The notes under the pieces are model-generated. The model was not told where the DNA came from, did not search any database, and saw only the letters and a program-made list of their open reading frames with translations. 64,000 bases of DNA from Azolla caroliniana (taxonomy: Eukaryota > Plantae > Polypodiophyta): NCBI GenBank assembly GCA_043228905.1, contig JBHGNT010000007.1:14136001-14200000 (forward strand), written 5' to 3'. Made by a program: the position numbers and the translations under genes. This document shows positions 52,101 through 61,986 of this stretch, piece by piece. Position 1 is the stretch's first letter. Each line of letters begins with the position of its first letter.

Positions 52101-52575
52101 ATGCAACCCCTTTGATTCGGGATTCGCTGCCCTCCGGTAAGGGCGCCGCAACTGGCCTCACCTTCCGGTCCACAACCTTGTACTTGGTGCTAACTCGGGC
52201 CGTCCGTTCCGACTCGAGCCCTCGACCGAAGTCCGCGATGACTTCGTACATTTCTTCGGAACACGCCGGTATCGTCCGGTCTTCGTTAAGGCCTTCTTCG
52301 ACTACCTTCCCCAGCATCCCCAAGGTGTCGTCGAAGGAGACTGCCTCCACGGCTCCGTCGATTTCTTCGTCAGGGCCGAGAACTCCGCACGCCCGAAGTC
52401 TCCCCTCCGTCTTTGTTTTCTCTCGGCCGGCGATGCCGACCATCGTACATGCTCCGCTGTCGGAGAAGCAAAATTTCCTACCTATTGTACACGGTTTTAT
52501 CGTACAGATGTGGGGTTTTCCCGGAGCATCCGGACTGTCGCGGCCCCACGCCTTGGCAGTCCTCTCTAAAAATCC
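49125..52575 (-). pseudogene. pol (RT-RNase H-integrase) of element G, one internal deletion/frameshift near 51260
   Basis: RT IQDLQPVN, DLYSGYDQ, LPQG, FLDD; RNase H; integrase HHCC (H...GHRG...CESC), DDE core and GPY motif; no chromodomain. Confidence 0.92.
52510..52575 (-). promoter_or_regulatory. Predicted -1 programmed ribosomal frameshift signal (slippery G GAU UUU plus pseudoknot)
   Basis: Heptamer 52575-52569 directly before the gag-PR stop, 6-nt spacer, stem 1 GGACUG/CAGUCC, loop GUGGGG pairing with downstream CCCCAC. The -1 frame is open into RT. Confidence 0.75.
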
Positions 52576-53696
52576 TCTCGGTTTTCGGAACCGAGGGAGT
52601 CGCGGTTACGTTCGTGGTTCGGCCGTACCGTCAGAAACTGGACCGAATGGCGCCCGTCTTGGCTTTTGACCCTCGCGTAGGCCAAACCATTGTCCAGCAC
52701 CTTGGTCTCCATTCGTGCCGCCGTGATGTACGGCTCTCCCAGTATGACCGGATGCGAAGACGTCTCCTGCACGAAGAAGTGCTGGTCAATCTCGACGTCG
52801 CCGATCTTGACTCGCACATTCGGACAGGCCCCGTGCAGTTCCTCGGTGGCGCGCGTTGCTGCCCTTATTTTCCACCCGTGCTTGGTGTTGATCGGCCATT
52901 TGCCCTTCTTATAGAAGTCCATGGACATCAAATTGATCTCCGATCCGTGGTCCACCAAAGCTATCACCGGTTCCTGGACATCGCCGATCTTCACCGGGGT
53001 TTCCGTGGTCGCTCGGGCCCAGTGTGGTCTCGAATAGTGGCTTTCCGCCCACTCGTCCCCCAGCGCCATGTCGTCTAGGTGCGTCGTCCGCACTTCCACC
53101 GGTTTTTCCGGTTCTGTCTCCGTTGACAGCCTCTTCCGTTGTCGTGCCTTTCGGCTCCGGATCGTTTGCGTGAGTCGGGTGGGAACCACTGGGGTTTTGG
53201 ACTAGGAGAAAGAAGAATATGAGATGAGGCTAGTAATGGATAGGTATAAAGAGTTATAAGATAAGAATCTCGTGAATCCCACGAGTTTAGTATATTTAGT
53301 CAATATTTAGGTAGTAAGAGAGAATTATTTTTAGCAAATTCGTGAATCCCACGAATATTTTAGATTGATTGATCATTATAGAAAAATAATCAACAAAAAC
53401 TACAATGTGCTCCCCATCCTTATATAGTGATGGGAGAGACTAAGCATAGCTACATGCTTTTTCTAATATGTTCATGCACACTAAATGTGCATGTGATGCT
53501 TTTCTAATCCTTGCTTTGATTTGCTAAATATAGTGCTCATGCACGCTAGATGTGCATGAGTCACTTTTTAGTTGCTTGCGTTTTTCTATAAAATATTCAC
53601 GCACTCTAAATATACATGATTTACCTTTTAATAAAGGTAGGCGCAAATAAAGCACTTATAATTATTAAATCTATTTATAGAACACTAAAGATAAGG

Positions 53697-53750
53697 TAGC
53701 ATAATGGTAAAGTTGGGGTTTGGCTACGTGGAGGTACAAGGTTCAAATCT
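53697..53750 (+). promoter_or_regulatory. tRNA-like A-box/B-box module in H LTR (second copy 56339-56392)
   Basis: TAGCATAATGG fits TRGCNNARYGG; GGTTCAAATCT fits the B box; spacing 44 nt, as in tRNA genes. Confidence 0.6.
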
Positions 53751-53815
53751 TGCCCTATGCACGTGATAAATATCTTGATATTCTTATTTTATTTATTTAT
53801 ATGTAATTAAATCGG

Positions 53816-55744
53816 TTATATTATTTTTACTTTTTCACGTAGTGTACGAAATACACTACGACACTCGCCCCCTCCGAACCCGCACATCCTCCGGTATGTG
53901 CCGAAGTTGCCGATGCTCGTTGTCTCCCCTTCATCCTCCGTTTGTCCCGCTATGTCAACTTTGTCTCTCCATTTTGAGTAGACCCATTCTTTCCACCCGA
54001 ACCATTGTCGCCATCCGATCCACCATATTCTTTGTTCTCTCTCGTCATATTCTTGGCCCTTGTCATTCGTGGTAGTGTCTTTTACTGGCCTCTTTGTTGT
54101 CTTCATCAACCTTGACTTTTTTCCGGATCGCTCTCGTCCGATCGACTTTCGGTTTGATCGGCTTCCGATCGGATTCGTATTCGGCCGAATCGGAATCGGT
54201 TGTTCGCTTTCGATTGAGTCGGTCTCCTTCCGGCCCGGTTTCGATCTATCGGTTTTGGTTTCGGTTGGCTTTCTTTTCCTCGTTTTCACCGGCCTCGACC
54301 GGTCCCACCTCCGATTGAGTCGGATTAGCTTCTTTCCGGATCCGTCTCGTCCGATTGGCTTTCGGCTAGGTTGGCTTCCATCCATATTCGCGTTCGGCCA
54401 AGTCAGACTCGGTCGATCGGTTTTGACCGAGTCGACCCCTTTTCGGGTCGGCTTTCTTTCGGATCGGAATCCCGTCCGGATCACCTTCCATCCAAACCGG
54501 CTTCCGACTTTACCTTTCTTGCTGCCACCTCCCGTCTCTCCGGTCTCACGTTGGTTCTCGGACACAACTGCCGAAGTCTCTAGAATTAGTGGGTAGGAAT
54601 CCTCGGTATTATCATCCTCCATTGTTTCACCCATAGCCATATTCTCGGCTATCTCTCCATCGTATGCATCGACTTCGACCTTTGTTTTCTCTCCGCCACC
54701 TTCCGTCTCTTCGGTCTCACGTTGCCTTTCGAATGCAACCGCCGGAGTCTCTAGAATTAGTGGTGGGGAAGTCTCGATATGGCCATCCGTCGTTGATTCG
54801 TCCATAGTCACCTTCAATTCGATGTCATCTTTCATGGTGACCTCCTCAATCAAGTCCTCCTTGCTCTCTTTCACTGCATCAATTATGCAAACATCAATTA
54901 TGCTTACCCCTTTTTCACCCGATGTTTCGGACACTTGTATTCCGAAATCTTCTTCTACACTTGGGTTATCGGCCTTATCCTTTGTCGTTGTTCTTTCGCA
55001 AGACAAGAGGGTAGCTTGTTTTACACCCTCTTCCGTCGGACCATCATGTTGTATTTCGGCCTTCATATCGGCTCCATCGTTTGTCTTCAATCGACCATCC
55101 TTCATTGGCCATGTCGTTGACAAGATTCTCATCTTCCTCTCATCATGTCTCCGGCATACCCTTTGGACTTCGGCCCAATCTTCAGTAAGACCATTTGTAC
55201 CTTCATCGTCTTCGAGTTCAATCCCGATGTCCTTCCTTTCTTTTCGATCGATCGATTTTACGAACATTAGGACTTTATCCTCCCCCACCAATCGTTGTTC
55301 CCGCTCCGAGAGTCGAGCAAGACGATGCTCGAACTCTAGGAATGCTTGTGTTGCACTTTGGTGGGTCTTCTCCGATGCCACCCATTCATCGAACTCTCGC
55401 CGATCTCGTCCCTTCGGTCTATCGTAATCATATGCCTCTCGTAAAGCTCCTTCAAAGGACCCCCATGTTGGGTTTTGTTGTTGTATCTTGTAGATTCTTT
55501 CTTGTAACTCATCCGTGGCTACCCGATTGAAGGATGTCACTTGCAATCCTTCTGGTATCCCACATCGTATCATCTCCGCCTTGTAGTCACGTAGATAGCG
55601 TGACACATCGTTTCCGTTGAATTGTCCGTTTCGTTGTACGAGCCGCTTTACTACCGCCGTGATCTCCGACATCGCTCGTTGTTCTTGTAGCATCCGTTCG
55701 AACATCATCATCATCATGTTCATCGCCTCTTGTTGATTCTCCAT
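53816..55744 (-). CDS. Intact Gag-like ORF of element H (about 642 aa from the first ATG) with long acidic/basic tail
   Basis: N-terminal about 220 aa align by eye with G Gag (FNGNDVSRYL / FDGKDATRYL, VLMFVKSID / VLLFVKSVD, GLTEDW / GLTTDW). No stops; the stop codon lies inside the 3' LTR. Confidence 0.8.
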   Translation of the reverse strand: MENQQEAMNMMMMMFERMLQEQRAMSEITAVVKRLVQRNGQFNGNDVSRYLRDYKAEMIRCGIPEGLQVTSFNRVATDELQERIYKIQQQNPTWGSFEGALREAYDYDRPKGRDRREFDEWVASEKTHQSATQAFLEFEHRLARLSEREQRLVGEDKVLMFVKSIDRKERKDIGIELEDDEGTNGLTEDWAEVQRVCRRHDERKMRILSTTWPMKDGRLKTNDGADMKAEIQHDGPTEEGVKQATLLSCERTTTKDKADNPSVEEDFGIQVSETSGEKGVSIIDVCIIDAVKESKEDLIEEVTMKDDIELKVTMDESTTDGHIETSPPLILETPAVAFERQRETEETEGGGEKTKVEVDAYDGEIAENMAMGETMEDDNTEDSYPLILETSAVVSENQRETGETGGGSKKGKVGSRFGWKVIRTGFRSERKPTRKGVDSVKTDRPSLTWPNANMDGSQPSRKPIGRDGSGKKLIRLNRRWDRSRPVKTRKRKPTETKTDRSKPGRKETDSIESEQPIPIRPNTNPIGSRSNRKSIGRERSGKKSRLMKTTKRPVKDTTTNDKGQEYDEREQRIWWIGWRQWFGWKEWVYSKWRDKVDIAGQTEDEGETTSIGNFGTYRRMCGFGGGECRSVFRTLREKVKII

Positions 55745-58700
55745 CCCCTTGCCACCCGTCTTCACGTCGGGTTCACCAACTGTGTCGTGCCTTTCGGCTC
55801 CGGATCGTTGCGTGAGTCAGGTGGGAACCGCTGGGGTTTTGGACTAGGAGAAAGAAGAATATGAGATGAGGCTAGTAATGGATAGGTATAAAGAGTTATA
55901 AGATAAGAATCTCGTGAATCCCACGAGTTTAGTATATTTAGTCAATATTTAGGTAGTAAGAGAGAATTATTTTTAGCAAATTCGTGAATCCCACGAATAT
56001 TTTAGATTGATTGATCATTATAGAAAAATAATCAACAAAAACTACAACGTGCTCCCCATCCTTATATAGTGATGGGAGAGACTAAGCATAGCTACATGCT
56101 TTTTCTAATATGTTCATGCACACTAAATGTGCATGTGATGCTTTTCTAATCCTTGCTTTGATTTGCTAAATATAGTGCTCATGCACGCTAGATGTGCATG
56201 AGTCACTTTTTAGTTGCTTGCGTTTTTCTATAAAATATTCACGCACTCTAAATATACATGATTTACCTTTTAATAAAGGTAGGCGCAAATAAAGCACTTA
56301 TAATTATTAAATCTATTTATAGAACACTAAAGATAAGGTAGCATAATGGTAAAGTTGGGGTTTGGCTACGTGGAGGTACAAGGTTCAAATCTTGCCCTAT
56401 GCACGTGATAAATATCTTGATATTCTTATTTTATTTATTTATATGTAATTAAATCGGTTATATTATTTTTACTTTTTCACGTAGTGTACGAAATACACTA
56501 CGACACCGTTTCACCAAGTCCACGATGGAGTCGTGGAACTCCTTCTTGGCGATTCCCAGCACCTCTCGTAACGACAACTCCACCTTGCTGTCGAGGATCC
56601 GTTCCTCTAGGACCTTTCGTAAGTCCGTGGTCCTTTCTATCTCCGTCCCCAGACGGTACCCGCCCTTCTGGGGTTTACCTTGCGTACCGGCACCGCCGGC
56701 TTCGTCCCGTCGTGGCCCGGACCGGGTCTCGTATCGTTGTGAGGGCCCGGTCGTCCCGGGTTTCCCCACCCGCTTCTCTTCTACCAGAGCCTCGTAGTTC
56801 TGGCAAGCGGCTTCCACGAAGCCCGTCTTTTCCTCGACCGGGTCGCTCCACCCGGTCATCTCCCGTACCCGTTTCTCCGCACGGTCCGATTCCTCCCTTT
56901 TAAGCCTTGCACCGGCAAGGCCTTCCAGCATCGTCGGCCAGAATCCGGCTTTGCTTTCCCTTCGGGCCTCGCCGCCCCCGACTCGAATGCCGGCCGACGC
57001 CGAGTAGTGGACGGTTTCCGCGTGTCGGGCCGCCGCCTCTTCCATCAACCTTTTCATACCACCTCGCCCGTCGTTTCGGCTCAGGGCCCTTCGGGTGTCG
57101 CTGGCATGCACCCGTCCTTCCCACAGGTACACCACCCTGTTCCTCAGCGCCTCCGCGAAGTCGCCACAGTCCTTCCGAATGTGGCCGACTTCATCGCACC
57201 ACATGCACCTGTTTCCTGCCGCCGGCCGTCGGTCACGAGCCGGTTCGCCACCTTCCCTTCGGGCTTGCGCGATTTGGAGGTCCTTTATCGCCCTCGTCAA
57301 TTCCTCCAGCGCCGCTCCTCCGGTTGAGCCTCTGACTACGCCGGTCGAAGCCGAACCGGTTTCCAACCACTCTCGGGTCTCTTCCTTTCGCACCTGTGGC
57401 GCTGGTTCGAGCTTCCTTGCTGCGACCGAGCCCGACCCGGTTGCCCCGTTATCCGCCCATTCTCGCCGTTTGTCGAAACGGCCACAGACTTTCTTGACAG
57501 CCGCCCAGTCGGTAGTGAGCCCGTCTTCGGTTTCAAGCAAGAGGCCCACTTGCTCCCGATCCCGCTCGTCGACCGACTTGACAAACAGCAAGACCCGGCT
57601 CGTGTCCAGGATGGTTCGGTCGAGCGCCGAAAGGCGCGCAAAGTTTTCCTCGAACTCCCGGAGGAGTGCCGACGCGTTTCTTCCCTTCCCCGGGGACTCC
57701 ACCCATTCCATGAACCTTCGCTTCAAAAGCCGGAGCGCGTCGTCCAGCCCGTATCTCTCTAGGAGCCGACCTTCGAACTCCTCCCAGGTACGGCTCTCCG
57801 CCCGCACCTCGAGCACCTCCGCATGGATGCTCGGCATCGCCACTCGGGGAAATCCGGCAAGACGCCTTTCTTCCGGAATGTCCCGCATCAGCATCTCTGC
57901 ACCGTAGGACGCCAAATACCTCGTGGCATCCTTCCCATCGAACCGGCTGATCGTGCCGACGACCGCCTCAATAGCTTTGTCGAGGGCACCGGTGCCCTCG
58001 CGCGCGTTTACAATCCGATCCACGGCCGAAGCCATGGCCTCTGCAAGATCCGACCCCCTCATCTTCTGCTCTTCTGCCGCCTCCTTCACGTCGGGTTCAC
58101 CAAAGATGTCGAGATATTACGCAAGTGCGTGTGGAAACGAGGCGGGACCGCGGGGGTCTCGAACCAAAGAGCAAGCGAGGGAGGAGAAAGAGAGAAAACC
58201 GGCTACGCAGGACCGGGGATACACAGGGACACGGCCCTTCAGCACGGAGAACGCGAACAGACACCGACACAGACAGATGCGAATGACTAAATATGTATAT
58301 TAACAAAATGGCTAACACGACTACAACCCTCGATGGGGCACAGGTTGGCTACAACCGAACAGGCCGGCAAACAGATGCCGATGCCTGTTCGCTTCGACGC
58401 GCAAAGGGGGCAGCAGGTCGGAGGTGCTGCCGGAAGCACTCGGGCGTTCCTCGAAACAGCGCGAGCCTCCTCAGAACCCTACACAGAAAAGCTATGGAGC
58501 TCAAGAAGGAAGGAAACAGAGAGAGAAGCGTCCAGAAACGGTCCGGCAGCACTTCCTCCTCTCTGCGCGAGATGCCTGCAACAGCTCTTTCCTGCTCCTT
58601 ATATAGGCCGACGAGCAGGCCGTCATGTCAACTTTATTCCCTGTCCCTTTCGAACAGGGATCCGCTCCGTTCTTCACGCATCCGCGTAGTTACGCCGCCG

Positions 58701-59005
58701 ACTCGTACAGTTCCTTAGCTCGCGCGCGCGACCGAAAAGACTGTTCGCGCGGTCTTTGTCTCCACTTGTGTTAGGGCCCGTTCCTGCCGATTATCCTCCT
58801 AATTTGCTTCTATGTACAACTTGGAGCGTGCGCGCGTGAAGAACCGGTTCCCACGCCTTGGTGCGCCGATTCTGCTTATGGACGGTTTTCTTCACGACAC
58901 CGTTAGACAATTTTGTTCGTTTCACACCGAAAATCTTCAAGATACCGTGCCTTGCGATCAACCTATTCAACCGACCCGACACTGGAAACCGGCAAGAAAA
59001 GACAT

Positions 59006-60152
59006 TGTCGTGATGTTTCTAACACGCAGTGTGAAACCACCCTCGAAAAGAAGCCAAATATCAATTTAAATAAACTAGTATTGTGAAGTCAACTTTATTG
59101 GTAGGCAAAATACTTTTTCATTTTGCCAAAGATAATTCCTTATAAATAAAAGGTCAAAGGATTGAACCTTACAATAAATAATGATGAATATTAAGTTAGA
59201 GGCGGTTTTCAAAAGTAGAGAAAAAGATGGAGAGAAAAAAAAAACACGCGTGGATATGATGAGTATGGTAGAGAAATAAGCTCATAATTTCCTCGTCAGA
59301 TGTCCAAATTAGAAAATAAAATATGCATAAGAAAGCTAACCCAAAGAGCTTTCCAAGAATATCTTGCATGTGAAATTTGGGGCTAGAAAACAGAAATAAT
59401 GAGGAAAAGAAAAGTTGACTCATATAGACAAGCTTTTTTTTAGGGGAAAAAGGCAATCGATCCTAAACCTATAAATAAGAGCCTATTCTAGTGAAGAAGT
59501 GGGGGAGGGAGAAGGAACACGGAAGCTCTAGTCAATTGGAAGGCAAAAGAAGAAGGATCAACAACATCGAGAGGCATCATCAACAAAGAATCACCTTCTT
59601 CTATATTCCACTCTCTTCTTTCCTCCACCTCTCATCCCCCATTCCTTTATAAACAAACAATCCTTCATATTCACATCCAACCTATTGTAACATGATTCTT
59701 ATATTATAAAAGAATCGATTATTTTGATATAAACTAATGCTTTCTTTCATCTACTTGTCTTATGTGTAAATCTTGATTGTGTTGTGCGTGTGAGCTCTAA
59801 TTCCTTCCAGTCCATAACCCCAACAGTTCCGCCTCACAATCCGCGCATAGTGACAGGTATTTCACAACATAATTAAGTGGTGAACCTGACGCGAAGAGGT
59901 GGTAGGAAGGATTCAAGTGCTTGCAATAGAAGATTAGAAGATGGCTTCTTCGACAAACACCCAAGCTGATGAAGTGGCGAAGTTGGTGGCTATTGTCGAG
60001 CGAATGATGAGAGCCCGAGATAATGATTCAAGATTAGACAAGGCCATCAATTGGACTGTTGAGATAGCGGGCCAATTTGGTGGAAGAAATATTACAAATA
60101 TCCTCGCCATATACAAGACAGAGATGCAACAACGAGATGTCATCGAAGAGAA
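59006..60152 (+). mobile_element. tRNA-Trp-group element I (5' LTR and gag start, truncated)
   Basis: LTR 59006-59869 (TGTCGTGA...TCACAACA), TATA at about 59470, decayed PBS tggtgaacctgacgcgaa at 59878. gag MASSTNTQ...RLDKAI...QFGGRNITNIL homologous to G Gag. Confidence 0.85.
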
Positions 60153-61193
60153 AAGGGGTGTGGAGATCGGTCGGCATTCCGTCATGCCAAACTTGTACAA
60201 CATATTCAGCACATAGTGTCTTTGTGAGAGCAATATGTGGTCAGGGGTCTGGATCACCTCGATCCCAAGAAAATAATGAAGGTCCCCCAAGTCCTTCATT
60301 TCAAATGCGTTCGATAACTAGGACTTCACTCTACCAATTTCAACGAGTCTGGGTTCGGTGATGACTAAATCATCTACATACTGGATGAACAGTGAAGAGT
60401 CGGACTTTGAGGCTGCAAACCCCATCTTACACAATTGGTGCATGATCTTCACATTCCAAGCTCGGGGGGCTTGGTTCAGACTGTAAAGCGACTTCTTGAG
60501 TTGGCACACTGCCGACTTGTTCATCTCCAATTGGAAACTAGGGGGTTGGATCATATAGACCCGTTCTTCAAGGTCACCTTGAAGAAATGCATTCTTCACG
60601 TCCATTTGGTGAAGGTGCCACCCCCTTGCTACAACAACTGCCAGCACCACACGAACCGTCGTCATCTTCGCTACCAAAGTGAAGGTCTCGTCGTAGTCGA
60701 TTTCGTGGGTCTGTGCGTATCCCTTTGCCACTAACGGAGCCTTGTACTGGTTGACTGAAGCATCGGCATTGTACTTCACCGTATATACCCACTTACAACC
60801 GATTGGTTTACACTGTCGAGGAGGGTCAACCAGGTCCCAAGTGTCATTGGCATCGAGTGCCCGCATTTCTTCTTCCATAGAAGCACGCCAATTTGCGTCT
60901 TTCGCTACTTCTACATAGCTCTCTGGCTCACACACTTCTGTCATCTTGGTCATGTACACATAGTGATGTGCCATGTACTCATTGTATCCGTACCATTTTA
61001 CAAGGTTCTTTTGGCAGGTTGACCGACACAACTTTTCGTGAGCCGGTTTGAGGCCTTTCTTGGCCGGTTCAGATTTCGTTTCTAAAGATCCGACTTCGTT
61101 CTTCCGAAGTCAGAATCCCTCTGATCTTACTCTACATTGTCAGTGTCGTATTCTGACATCTTTCTCTTCCCCTTCTCTTTGCGCATGAACCGT

Positions 61194-61986
61194 TGTTGCG
61201 TTGTTACGCGCGTGCGTGTCGAAAGGGCGGGACCACGGGGGTCTCGAACGAGGGAGAAAGGGATGCCGAGAAAACCGACTCCGGGCGCGACCCGGACGCA
61301 ACTGAACACAAGAGAGAGAGAGAGAGAGAAGAGCGAGAGAGAGCATGCACGCGACACCGACTCTTATACACACAGGAAATAAGGAAAAGAAACGCACCCG
61401 ACACTAGCAGAGACACAAATATGCTCAACCCGTTATATATATGATTACAAGAGTGAGTTACAACTCCGGCTCCGAGCTGGACTGAGGTAGGCTAGGTCAC
61501 ATCAGCAGTTTGCCGCCAAGCCGCCGTCGGGGAGCTCTCGGGCTCGTCGTGCTGAGCGGGGTCTTGCACAGGAGGCCGAGTAGAAGTAAACCCCCACAGA
61601 ACATACAAGTTCTTCACCGGGCTAAAACCCTAAACGGACACGAAGGGGCTGAAGAAGAAGAGGAAGAAGAAAAAACGAAACCCTAAACGAAATAGGGTGA
61701 AGACCAAAGTGGAAACCCTAAGGGAACAAGAATAAGATGAAGAGGAAGAACTCTACCAAACCCTAGACCTAAGTGGTATACCCTCCTAACTCAAAATGGG
61801 CAACCCTTCATAAGTGACCCCTCCCTTCCTTTTATAGCCCAAGGAGGGAGGGACCTTACAATGTGGGATAAAATTTCCCCTCTTATTTCTATACATCATT
61901 TCCTAGGAAACATGGGCACATGTTGTACACCACCGATTTGCCCATTCCACCCCGGTTTCACACCGTAGCCGGAAATCTTCACGACA
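61194..61986 (-). mobile_element. Solo LTR of the F family inserted in K
   Basis: Reverse complement starts TGTCGTGAAGATTT and ends CGCAACA, similar to the F LTR. 4-bp TSD CCGT on both sides; K reading PRRRFM is restored on removal. Confidence 0.92.

Larger units (their letters stand above)
53140..56505 (-). mobile_element. Non-autonomous gag-only LTR element H (TR-GAG-like), very young
   Basis: LTRs 53140-53863 and 55783-56505 differ by about 3 substitutions and 1 indel. TSD CCGT. Perfect tRNA-Trp PBS 55761-55778; PPT GGAGGGGGCGAG. Internal region 1.9 kb without pol. Confidence 0.93.
52566..58062 (-). pseudogene. gag-protease ORF of element G, interrupted by H (58062-56510 and 53139-52566)
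   Basis: Zn knuckle CMWCDEVGHIRKDC; protease ALVDHGSEINLM...VILGEPY. Removing H and one CCGT restores VKRKRLSTETE in frame. Confidence 0.88.
48261..58899 (-). mobile_element. Ty3/gypsy non-chromovirus element G (Phygy-like by inference), full length, tRNA-Trp PBS; hosts H
   Basis: 793-bp LTRs 48261-49053 and 58107-58899 with about 9 transitions. 4-bp TSD CCGT. Perfect 18-nt PBS TGGTGAACCCGACGTGAA (58085-58102), complementary to the plant tRNA-Trp 3' end as I recall it. G-rich PPT next to 49053. Confidence 0.95.
47659..58944 (-). mobile_element. Solo LTR J of the tRNA-Trp group (47659-48260 plus 58904-58944), split by G
   Basis: U5 end resembles those of H and I. TATA on the minus strand near 47935. 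Decayed 5' terminus TATCTTGAAGATTTTCGGTGTGAAAC (compare TGTCGTGAAGATTTCCGG...GGTGTGAAAC of the solo LTR at 61986). Flanks ACGC and CCGT do not match. Confidence 0.75.

Noticed and set aside
55761-55778. Perfect tRNA 3' end including CCA (also 58085-58102) as a tRNA gene
   Set aside because: Only 18 nt and adjacent to a 5' LTR; it is the primer-binding site.
49178-58303. Many long overlapping and antisense ORFs in the GC-rich G element
   Set aside because: Shadow ORFs of a GC-rich coding strand with no recognisable motifs.
47659-59869. Apparent inverted repeat of about 75 bp (47659-47735 versus 59790-59869) suggesting a giant TIR element or one long LTR
   Set aside because: It is explained by the U5 ends of two related LTRs in opposite orientation (J minus, I plus), each with its own TATA and 5' terminus.
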